Shown here piece by piece: positions 11,463 to 21,381 of a DNA stretch of 64,000 bases. The stretch spans positions 2,542,001 to 2,606,000 of the forward strand of contig CM026547.1 in NCBI GenBank assembly GCA_014905635.1, in the 5' to 3' direction. Origin of the DNA: Scenedesmus sp. PABB004. Lineage: Eukaryota. Under the pieces are notes generated by a model. That model ran no database searches. It was not told the DNA's origin and worked only from the letters and a program-made list of their open reading frames with translations. Position 1 is the stretch's first letter; each line of letters opens with the position of its first letter. Made by a program: the position numbers and the translations under genes.

Positions 11463-12163
11463 TCACTTGCGGATGGTGACCTTGATCGGCACCGCCGTGC
11501 CGCCGCCGCGGCAGTAGCGGCAGCTCGTGACGCCCGTGCGGTTGCAGCTGCCGCAGCCCGCGTCGCCGTCGGACCAGCGCTGGCACATGCACGCCTCCAC
11601 GCCGCTGCCGCCGCAGCCGGGGCAGGGCCGCCGGTTGATGCCGCTGTCGCCCGCCTCCATCTGGTCCTGCGCCGGCGCGCGGCGCGCGGGGGCGGGCGGG
11701 GGTTGGCGCGCGCGCGACGGCGCCGGCGACCGCGCGGCGCGCGGCGCGTCGCCGCCGCCCGGCCGGCCGGCCGCGCCGCGCTCCGGCGCGGGCGCGGCGC
11801 GGGTCGCCCGGATCAGGCGGCGCCGGGCCCCGGGGCGGCGCGGGCGCGCGGGGCGGGCGGGGCACGCGCCCGCGGCGAGGCGCCCCGCACCGCGCCCGCT
11901 GCGCCTGCGCCCGCGCCGGGGCGGCCGCGGCCTCTTCGCACCTGCTCCAGGGCCATCTGCTGGCTCAGCAGCCAGGCGCCCACCGCGGCCGCGGCGGTGG
12001 ACACGAGCGTCGCGCCCAGCGCCTGCGTGGCCACGCCGCGGCCGCCGGGGCCGCCGGGCCCTGCCCAGCCGGGCGTCACGGGGCGAAGGCCGCCGCGCGA
12101 GGGCAGGCGCGGGGCCGCGCCCGCGAGGCGCGAGTTGGCGCCCATCCCCCGCGTCGCGAGCAT
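11463..12163 (-). CDS. Plastid-type DnaJ-like zinc-finger (CxxCxGxG) protein with one TM helix; exons 12163-11942 and 11666-11463
   Basis: CPGCGGSG..CMCQRWSDGDAGCGSCNRTG..CRYCRGGG. Transit-peptide-like N-terminus and hydrophobic LVSTAAAAVGAWLL. No J domain. Confidence 0.8.
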
Positions 12164-12700
12164 GGGGCCGCGCCGCGCAGCTGGGAAGCCCGCCGCGTCG
12201 CCTCCTAGGTGGTGGCGATGCGCGGGTGGGCGCGCGTGCGTGGCGCTGCGGGGTCGGGCTGCGAGCGGTCTCCTCCGGCTAGGTGGCGAGCGCGCGGGGG
12301 GTCCAGAGGGAGCGAGAGGTGCGTGCGTGCGTGGGTCGGGTCCGGTCTGTGGGCGGGCGGGCGGGCGGCGCGGCCGTGTCCGCCGCACCGGCGGGTTTGG
12401 CAGAGCAGCGCGGTCTCGCCGAGCCCCGGCGGTCCACCCCAAGCCGGCACGCTGCCCGCGCGCACGGCCCGACATCCAGTCGCTCGCCGCTGGCCGCTGG
12501 GCGCCGCTCGCCGCCGCACGGTCGCCGCTGTCGCGCGCGCGGCGCCGCCGCCGCCGTGGCCGGGCCGCCGGGGGCGTGTGCCGACCCACCCCCGGGACGG
12601 CCAACCAGCCGACGCTGGGAGCGGCGCCCTCTCCATTTCTTCGAGCCGCACCGCCGCCGGCGCCGGCGCTGCTCACGCTGCACGCGCCGCGCCGCGCGCG

Positions 12701-15700
12701 ATGGCGCGGCCGGCCTTCGCGCCGCCCGACGACGGCGTGGCGCTGACCGAGGGCCGCCACCGCACGCTCGCGGTGTCGCCGCGGCTGCCGGAGGCGCTCG
12801 CGCGCTCCCGACCCGACGGCGTGTGGTGCGCGCGCCGCGCGCGCCGCGGCCCACGAGCGTCCGCGAGCTCAGGCAGCGCCACGCCGCGCGCGCAGGGCGC
12901 TGGAGCAGTTTGAGCTCCGCCGGGAGCTGTACCGGGGGCGCTGCTCGCAGCTGCACGAGGCGCGCGACCGCGGCAGCGGGCTGACGCTCGCGGTGAAGAG
13001 CTACCGCAAAGCCGCGCTCTCGCCGCTCAACCGGTGCGCGCGCGCGCGACGGGCGGCGCTGCGCGCGCTTGCTCCGGGCCGGGCTCCGCTCTCGAGCGCG
13101 CCCCCCGCCGCGCCGCGCCCGCCCGCCGCCGCGCGCCAGGTACCAGGTCGAGCGCGAGGTGCGCATCCACGTGACCCTGCACCACCCCCACATCATCGCG
13201 CTGCACGCGGCGTTCGAGGACCCCGGCAGCGTGCACCTCGTGCAGGTGGGCGGCGCGGCGCAACGCAGGGCGCGGCGCGGGGCGCGGCGCGGCTCGTGGC
13301 GCAGCCGCCCGCGCCGCGCGGGTCGCCGAGGCGCGCGCCGCGCGCGCAGGAGTATGCGCCCGGCGGCGACCTGTTTGAGGCGCTCAAGCGCCAGCCGGGC
13401 ATGGCGTACGGCGAGGACGGGGCGCGGCGCGTGCTCGCGCCCGTGCTCGCCGCGCTCGCGTACCTCCACGACCGGGTGCGGCGCCGCCACGGCCGCACGC
13501 GGAGCGCGCGTCGCGCCGCGCGCGCCGCCCCCCCCCCCCCCCCCCTCTTCCAGCGCGCGCCCAGCGGCGGCGGCGGTTGCGGCGCCCCCGCAGGGCGTGC
13601 TGCACCGCGACGTCAAGCCGGAGAACATCCTGCAGGGCGAGCGCGGCGCGCTGAAGCTCGCCGACTTTGGGCTCGCTGTCGACACGGCCGCGGAGCGCCC
13701 CGTCACGCGGCTGGGCACGCTCGACTACATGGCCCCCGAGGTGCTCGCCAGCCCCGACAAGCGCCTGCCGGCCGAGAACAAGGACAGCGCCTGCCTCGCG
13801 TACGACCACAGGGCGAGCGCGGCGCGCCGCCGCGCGGGCGCGCGGGGGTGTGCAGGCCGCGGGGCGCGCCGGAGGCCGCCGTGGCGGCGCTGCCGCGGGG
13901 CGCGCGCCGCCGCTCGAGCGCGGCCGCGCCGCGCCGTGCCGCGCCCGCCCAGGTCGACGCGTGGGCGGCGTGCTGCCTGGCGGCGGAGCTCGTCGGCGGC
14001 GCGCCGCCGTTTGAGGCGGACGCGCGCTCCGCCACGTGCCAGGCGATCATGTACCGCGCGCCACACCTGCCGCCCCAGCTCAGCCCCGCCGCGCGCGCGT
14101 TCATGGCCGGCGGCCTGGCCAAGGACCCGCGGCAGCGCAGCTCGGTGCACCAGCTGCTGGCGCACGAGTGGCTCGCCGGTGAGCGCGCGGGGGCGCCGCC
14201 CGCGTGCGCCGGCGGCGAGGCGCCGGCGGCGGGAGCGTCGCCCGCGGCTGGCGACGGCAGCGGCGGCGCCAGCAGCAGCAGCGCCAGAAGCAGCAGCGGC
14301 TGCAGCGGCAGCAGCGGCAGCAGTGCCAGAAGCAGCAGCGGCAGGAGTGTCAGAAGCAGCAGCGGCAGCAGCGGCAGCGCGGGGACGGAGGCTGACCATG
14401 CGGCGCAGCCAGCGCTGCCAGCGCAGCCGCAGCCGCAGCTGGAGCAGCAGCCACTGGAGCAGCAGCCGCTGGAGCAGCAGCCACTGGAGCAACAGCCACT
14501 GGAGTGGCCATTGGAGCAGCCGCATCCATTGCTGGAGCAGCAGCCGACGTTGGCGGTGGCGGCGCCGCCCGGCTGCGCCGCCGCCGCGGCGTCGGACGAG
14601 CCTGGCTCGAGGCTGGCGCGCGCGAGCAGCGGTCACCGCCTGCACAAGCTGTTTTTTCCCCACGACAAGCACCGCCGCTCAAGCTTTGTGAACAGCTGGA
14701 GCAGGAGCGGCTGGGACGACGCGATCGAGACGTCGGCGCACAGCTTCAGCGCCGCCGCCGCCGCAGGCGCGCTGGCAGACGGCGCGGGGCTGACGCCCCG
14801 AGGCGGCAGCTTCAGCGCCGCAGCGGCGCCGGAGGAGGAAGAGACGTGCGCCGGCGCCGCACTGTCGTTTGAGGCGGGCCTGGCGGCGCTGCCCGACGCC
14901 CCGGCGGCGGTCGTGTCTGCCGTGCTGGCGAGGAGCGCGTCGCACGCGCTGCACCTGCTGCCGACGAGCGACCTGGAGGACCTCATCGCCCCCACCGCCA
15001 CGCCCCACGCGGCGCTAACCGGCCTGCGCCTGGCGGCGCCCGCCGAGCCGGGCGCGGCGGAGGCCTCCGGCGCCAGCTTCACGGGCCGGCTATCGCTCGG
15101 CGGCAGCTTCAGCGCCGCGGCGGGCGGCGGCGGGCGGCTCTCGCTCGGCGGCAGCTTCAGCGCCGCGGCGGCGGGTGGCGGCGGGCGGCCCTCGCTCGTC
15201 GGCAGCGTCGACGCGGCGGTCGGCGGCAGCTTGGAGGATTACATCGCCACCAGCGCGGCGCCCGCCGGCATGCTCAGCTGCGCCACCCTCATTGTCCACA
15301 GCGCGGCGTCGCCGCCCGCGACGCCCAGCCCTCGGGCCGTGCTCGGGCAGGGCGGCGGCAGCACGGCGGGCCGGACCGGCATTCTGCGGGCGCGCTCGGG
15401 CGCGGGCCTGAGCTTGCTGGTGCCGGGCGGCTGGGACGGCGAGGCATCGCCGCCCGGAGGCTGCGACGAGCAGCCGCCGAGCTGCTGCACGCCCTCTGGC
15501 AGGCGCGTAGCGTTTGCAGACGGCCCTCCGGCCGCGGAGCCACTCCAGTCGCCGGGCGCGGCACGCGCGGGCTCCTCGAACGCGCCGGGCCTGGACCCGA
15601 GGGACACCGGCGCCGGGCTGGCGGCGCCGGGCGACGGCACGACCCGCACGGCGAGCCCGCCCCGCAGTGCGGCGTCGGGTCACGAGCACAACGAGGGCCA

Positions 15701-16214
15701 GCTGCACCTGCAGCAGGCGGCGGCCTGCACGTGGGCGAGCCACGCGGCCCCGTCGCCGCGCGGCGGGCAGGCCAGCGTGCCGCCCGCTGCCGCCGACGGC
15801 GCGGTGCCGCGGCGGCGGCCGTTCGTCACGCCCCCAGCTGGCGTGCTCTCCGGCGACGTCGGGCTGGCCTGCTCGCGCAGGCCCGCCGGCACGGCCCAGC
15901 ACGCCCTGGCCGCGCGGGCGGCGCCCACCGGCTTGCTGTCGGTCCGGCTGAGCGGCTGTCTGAGCCCCGTGGGTGGCGGTCAGGACGCCCGGCTGTCCAG
16001 GTCCTTCACCGCCGGCTCGACGCTGGGGGCACTGCGAGCGGCCGGGGGCGCCCTTGCCGGGCCCGCCAGCGCGCGGCGCAGCAGCAGCAGCGGCAGCGCG
16101 CTGACGCCCACCTGCGTCAAAACGGCGGCTGCCGCGGCGCTGGCAGGCGGGCGCGGCGCGGGCGGGCCCCGCGTCCGCAGCGCGTCGGCGTCGGGCGCGT
16201 CTCGGGGTGCCTGA
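12701..16214 (+). CDS. Aurora-like Ser/Thr kinase with a long low-complexity C-terminal tail; 6 exons
   Basis: AVK, QVEREVRIH..LHHPHII, EYAPGGDLF, HRDVKPENIL, LADFG, GTLDYMAPE and VDAWA. GC donor at 13813; stop TGA 16212-16214. Confidence 0.9.
14439..14546 (+). repeat. Coding 15-nt minisatellite (LEQQP)x4 plus degenerate copies in the kinase tail
   Basis: ctggagcagcagcc(a/g) units read directly. Confidence 0.85.
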
Positions 16215-16502
16215 TGCGACGGCCGCGCGAGTGCGCGCAGGCCGCGCGGGCCGCGCACGAGGGGAGCACTGCACTGCGCTGGCTGGCGCTCGGGAAGGGG
16301 TGTCTCAAACTCGTGTTTCTTACTTATGGGCCCACCAAACTGAACTGGGTCCAGGCCACGCCTTCAAGCAGCTGCGTGGCGCGCGGGGCTTTGCCCCGCG
16401 GGCGTGAGGGCCGCGTGCGGCCGCGGGTGACCGGCCGGCGGCGCTCGCCGCGGCGCGCGAGGCAGTCCAGCCGGCACGTGCCCGCCCTGCCCCGCCCGTG
16501 GC

Positions 16503-17129
16503 TCAGCACACCCCCCGCCGCGCGTACACGGGCGACATGCTCGGCGCGGGCGTGGCGAGCGCGGCCGCGACGGCGGCCGCCACCTCGGCCGGGGCCGCGG
16601 GGCGCGGCGGCGCCGTGAAGTAGGGGTGCTCCAGCGCGGCCGCGGCGCTCAGCCGGCGGGCGGGGTCGTACGCGACGAGCGCCGCCAGCAGCGCGAGCGC
16701 GTCGGGCGGCGCGTCGGGCAGCAGCGCCGCGAGCGGGCGGCCCGGGCAGGGCGCGAAGCTGATCTTGTGCCAGTCGGGCAGCGCCGCCGCGCCCGGCCAG
16801 TCGGCGGGGCTGATGCTGCCCAGCGCCTGCTGCATGCGCGAGAGCTGGTCGATGTCGCTCACGCCCGGCAGCAGCGGCGCGAGGCCGAGCGCCTCGGCCA
16901 GCACCAGGCCCGCCGCCCACACGTCCACGGGCGGCCCGTAGTCGGTCGCGCCGTACAGCAGCTCCGGGGCGCGGTACCAGCGCGTGCCCTGCGCCGCGGT
17001 CAGGCCGCCGCCGCCGCCGCCGCTGCAGGCGCCGGCGCCGCCGCTGAGGCGCGGCGCCCGCCGCCGCTGCTCTGGCGGCTCTGGCGGCTCTGGCGGCGGC
17101 GCTTGAAGCTCCTGCTCCTGCTGCTGCTG

Positions 17130-17160
<31 letters not shown>

Positions 17161-17759
17161 ACGTCGCCCAGGCCGAGCTGCGCGCCCAGCTCTGCGGCCA
17201 GGTCCCGCTGCTGCGCGCCCGGGGGTGGGCAGCCGCCGTCGCCGTCAGCGCGCGTGCTCCGTGCCAGCCCAAAGTCGGCGAGCTTCACCTCACCGGCGTG
17301 GGTGATGAGCAGGTTGGCGGGCTTGACATCCCGGTGCACCAGGCCGCGCGCGTGCACCGCCGCCAGGCCGCGCAGCAGGCCGCGCAGCAGCGCCTTCACC
17401 ACGCTCGGCGGCAGCGCGCCGCTCGTGGCGGCGAGCACCGCGCCCAGGTCTGTCGCGGCGAGCTCCAGCACCAGGAAGAGCGCCGGCCCGCTGCGCGCGA
17501 CGTCCAGCAGCGCCACGACGTTGGGCTCGCCCGCGAGCGCGCGCAGCGCGTGCAGCTCGCGCGCCACGCGCTGCGGCAGCGCGCCGCCGCCCCCGCCGTC
17601 GGCGCCAAGCCACAGCTGCTTGGCCGCCACGCGCCGCCCGCTGCCCAGCTCCTCCGCCAGCAGCACCTCGCCAAACGCGCCGTGCCCGAGCGCTCGAACG
17701 CGCCGATACGCGCGCCCGCTGGCGGCGCTCACGAAGGCGTCCTCTTCAAGCAGCGGCAT
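16503..17759 (-). CDS. LF2: Cyclin-dependent kinase of the CCRK/CDK20 (Chlamydomonas LF2) type; single open reading frame, 418 aa
   Basis: GHGAFGEV, RELHAL, HRDVKPAN, LADFGLAR, TRWYRAPELLYGA, AEALGLAPLLPGVSDIDQL and LPDWHKISF are CCRK/LF2/CDKF-type signatures (from recall of these families). The symbol is tentative. Confidence 0.8.
17110..17160 (-). repeat. (CAG)n polyglutamine tract inside the kinase activation-segment insert
   Basis: A (ctg)n run on + translates as QQQQQQQQQEQQQQEQE on -. Confidence 0.85.
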
Positions 17760-18042
17760 GGGGCCCTCCCTGTGTTCCGGGATCGCGGGCGGGCGGGCTT
17801 GTGGCGGCGGCGCGTGTTTTTGCAGCAGCGCGGCTGGGCGGGCGCCCGGGTCGATTCGGGCGCGTGCTCATGCGCCACTCCGCGATACCTGCGAGTCCCC
17901 GACAGCCCGCCGGCCAACGCCGACGGCCGCGGCGGCCGCGCCGAGCGCCGGCGGGCTTGTCGCGGCTGCTGCGCCGCCGCCGCGCTGCGGTACCCCTCCA
18001 ACCAGTCCCTCTCGTCACTCCGGCTGATTTCTCTCGATCGAC

Positions 18043-19267
18043 ATGTCGGGTCCGCCGGGGCGCCGGTGGCTCGCCTGGCTGCTGCTGGCGGCAGCGGGCG
18101 CGCAGCAGCAGGCCGCGGGCCCGGGCTACCCCGAGTGCCCGGGCATCCCCGACGACTGGATGCCCGAGTGCTGGGAAGCTACGTACGCACGTATCCAGTT
18201 CGGCGGCGACAGGTGGGGCACGGGCCAGGCGCGGCCGCGTTGGGCCGGCGCACGGCGGCCAGCGCACGCCGCGCACGGCGGCCGGCGCACGTCGAGCCGC
18301 CGCCGCCGCCGCCGGCGCAGGACGCTGTACCACACGCCCTTTACGTCGCGCCGCTGGGGCAACGCGCTCTCGCCGTACTGGCAAGCGCGGGCGCTCGCCG
18401 TGGTCGCTGGGCAGGGATTTAACGCGTTTGGCGGCTTCAGCGGCGCGAGCTGGCTCGCGTACCTGCCCAAGAAGCTGCCCCCGACCACCTGCCCCCAGCC
18501 GGACCGGTTCCGGCAGGCGTGTGACATGTGTGCGTGCCGGCGGGGCCGGCAGGCGCACCGGCCGTGGCGCTCACGCGCCGCCCTGGCGCTCACGCGCCGC
18601 CCTGGCGCTCGCGCGCCGCCCGGCCGCAGGCGACGACTCCTGGGCCTACGCGCACCGCTGCAGCGGCGCGTGGACGGGCATACGGCCGACGATCATAGCC
18701 GACACGCATGCCGCGATGACGGCCTGGGCGGCGGCGTCGGGCGCGCGCCTGCCGACGTTCAGCGACCGCGACGTGGTCATTCAAAGCCGCTGCAGCACGG
18801 ACACGGTGCTTTCGCACCCCGAGTACGGCCCAGCGGCGTTCAGCTTCTACGCCGCCGTGCCCACAGACGCGGCGTCCATCCTCGTCGTCGCCGACCCGCG
18901 CGACGCGCTGCCGCTGTGCGCCGCGATCCGCGCGGCCAAGGTCGCCTGGCTGCGTGCGCGGCACCCGGGCGCGCGCGTCGCCGTGGTCGGCGGCACGCTC
19001 TCCCAGGACTGGGCGCGCCTCGTGCTCGCGCCGCGGCTGTTCAAGGACGCGCAGAGCTCCCTGGGCCTCTGGGCGGCCCTCGCCAACAAGGGCGAGGTGT
19101 GGTCGGTGCCGATGCTCCCGGAGTTCACGCGCAACCGGACCACGCCCGACCTGGGGCCCCGCTGGCACTGGGTGCACGCGCCCGTGCTGCTGCCCCACGT
19201 CGCCGAGGCGGCCGGCATCGAGCGGGAGGACACCGCTGCCATCGTGCGCTGGCTCGAGGCGCACTGA
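18043..19267 (+). CDS. Secretory-pathway protein, putative divergent GT11-like (GT-B fold) glycosyltransferase; exons 18043-18212, 18321-18529, 18630-19267
   Basis: Signal peptide [20 protein letters not shown]. Motifs RWGNAL, VVIQSRC and [19 protein letters not shown] occur in the order of the GT11 motifs. The gene model is solid; the function is inferred. Confidence 0.6.
18565..18621 (+). repeat. Intronic 19-bp tandem repeat x3 (tggcgctc(a/g)cgcgccgccc)
   Basis: Read directly. It ends 8 nt before the end of the intron (CAG acceptor at 18629). Confidence 0.85.
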
Positions 19268-19435
19268 CCCCGGCGCGCGGCGCGGCCGCCGGCGCTGAAA
19301 GAGTGCGCTGCGGGGCTGCCCGCGCGGGCGGGGGGGGGGGGGGGGATTTGCGAGCGGACTGACCGGGGACGCGTCACGCAACGACATTGCAGGGCAAGCG
19401 TCCGTGTCGCGCCTGCGCGCGCGCACACCCGTTGG

Positions 19436-20978
19436 TCACAGCTTGCTCCGGGCGCCGCCGCCGCCGCCGCCGCTGCCGCCGCCGGGCGCGGCCGTGCCGA
19501 CCGCTCTGCTCTTGGACTCGACCGTGCGCGACAGCTGCGACACCATGTGCCGCGGCACGAGCTGCGGGCGGTGCAGCCACGCCGCGCCGTCCACCACCAG
19601 CGTCTCGCCCGACACGTACCTGCGCAGGCGGCGGCGGCGGCGGCGCACGCGCGCTGTCGGCGCACGCTGGCCGCGTCGCGCCGCGCCCCGCCGCCCGCAC
19701 CCAGCCGCCTGCGACGCGCCCCGCCGCCCGCGGCCGCGCGCGCGCGCGCACCGCGCCGCGTCGGACGCGAGGAAGACGCAGGCGAGCGCGATGTCTGCCT
19801 TCTCGCCCATGCGCCCGAGCGGCACCGCCGCCCTGACCACCTCCTCCATGCGCCCCTCCTCGCCCGGCGCGAGCTTGGACATGCCTGCGCCCGCGCGGCG
19901 CGCGCGCGCACCGGGCTCGGCGCCGCGTCGCGGGCGGCGCGGCGCGCCCCCGCGGCGCGGCGCGGCGCGGCGCGGGCACGGGCGCGGCGCGCACCCGCCG
20001 TGCCGCGGATCGGCCCCGGCGCGACGCCGTTGACGCGGATGCCAAACTCGCCCCACTCGAGCGCCAGGCTGCGCGTGATGGAGTCGACCGCGGCCTTGGC
20101 CGCCGACGCGTGCACCTGCGCGCCGGCGGGCGGGCGCGTCGGCGCGCGCCGGCCGCGCGCGCGCGGCTGAGCTGCGGGCGCGCGCGCCGCCCCGGCGCCG
20201 CGGGCGCGCCCGCCCGCGGGCGCGCCTGGTACCAGGTCGCGCCGTAGTGCAGCGTGGCCGAGATGTTGATGATCACGCCGCCGCGCGCCGCGGCGAGCGC
20301 GTCAAACGCGGCGCGGCTCATGCTGAACGTGCCCACCGCGTCAATCTCCATCACTGCCCGGCGCGCGCGCGCGGACGCGGGCGCGGGCGTGGGCGTGGGC
20401 GGCGCGACGCGGCCAGCCGGGCGCGGCCGCCCGGCGCCCGGCCGCCCGCCGGCGGCGCACACGCGGCGCCCGCCCCCCACCTGTGCGGAAGCCGCCCTGG
20501 CTGAGCTCCGCCGCGTTGGCCAGGAAGTTGCCGGCGGCGCAGTTGACGAGGATGTGCAGCGCGCCGTGCATCGTGACCGTCGTCGCGACCCAGTCGGCGC
20601 ACGCGGCCGCGTTGCGCACGTCGCCCTGCAGCCCCGCCGCGTTGACGCCCGCCGCGCGCAGCTCCGCGACCGCGCCGTCCAGCACGTCCTTGCGCCGCCC
20701 CGTGATGACCACGGCCGCGCCGTGCAGGCCTGGCGCGGCGCAGGCGCGGGCGCGGTCGGCCGCCTGCACCGCCCAGCCGGCTGCGCGCCGTGCGCGGCGG
20801 CTCACCCAGCTGGCGCGTGATCTCCAGGCCGATGCCGGAGCTGCCGCCGGTGATGAGCGCGACCTGGGGACGGCGGCGCGCGCGCGTGTGGCAGCGGCGC
20901 TGCTGAGCGGGCACCGCCGCGAGCAGCCCGCGGCCGCACCTTGCCCGCAAGCACGTCGCTCTTGAACGGCGAGGCCAT
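19436..20978 (-). CDS. DECR2: Peroxisomal 2,4-dienoyl-CoA reductase (SDR family); 7 exons
   Basis: [68 protein letters not shown] and C-terminal PTS1 -SKL. GC donor at 20225. Confidence 0.93.
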
Positions 20979-21381
20979 GACGGCGTGGCGGGGCCCCGCC
21001 TGGCGAGCTGGGGCGGCGGCAGCGGCGGGGCCGCGCTGGCGCTGCGCTGGCGGCGGGCGGCAGCGAGCGCGCGTGCCGGCCAGCAGCGGTGCGCGTGGCG
21101 ATGCCGGGACGGTGCCGGCCGGCGGGGTGCACGGGCATGCCAGGCCGCGAGACCTGCGCCCCAGCCTTGCGAGCTCCCTTCGTGCGCCCCTCCAAAAGCC
21201 CGGTGCTCACGCTGCCCGGACTGCGATCGGCGCCCTGGCCCGCGCGCTGCAGCACACAGAGGCACAGTCGCCCACGCAGCAGCGGCGGATGCGCGGCGCC
21301 GCGCACCCGCCGCCGTGCCGTCGCAGCGGCGCCGCCGCAGGCCCCGCCCCGGACGCGCTGATGACCGCCTGACCCGCCAGC

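Noticed and set aside
12925..12960. Aurora-like kinase lacks a canonical GxGxxG loop (LYRGRCSQLH), suggesting a pseudokinase
   Set aside because: The VAVK-type Lys, helix-C Glu, HRD, DFG and APE motifs are all intact. Degenerate Gly loops are common in algal Aurora-like kinases.
14439..14546. Regularly spaced short repeats as a CRISPR-like array
   Set aside because: They are head-to-tail coding repeats with no unique spacers, in a eukaryotic gene, with no cas genes.
16295..16360. AT-richer patch beginning aggggtgtctcaaactc, resembling a hAT-type terminal repeat
   Set aside because: I found no matching inverted end, target-site duplication or transposase. It is more simply 3'UTR/terminator sequence between two convergent kinases.
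19430..19447. Stop-codon read-through (TGA-C) at DECR2
   Set aside because: The PTS1 SKL already precedes the stop, and TGA-C is expected by chance at this GC content.
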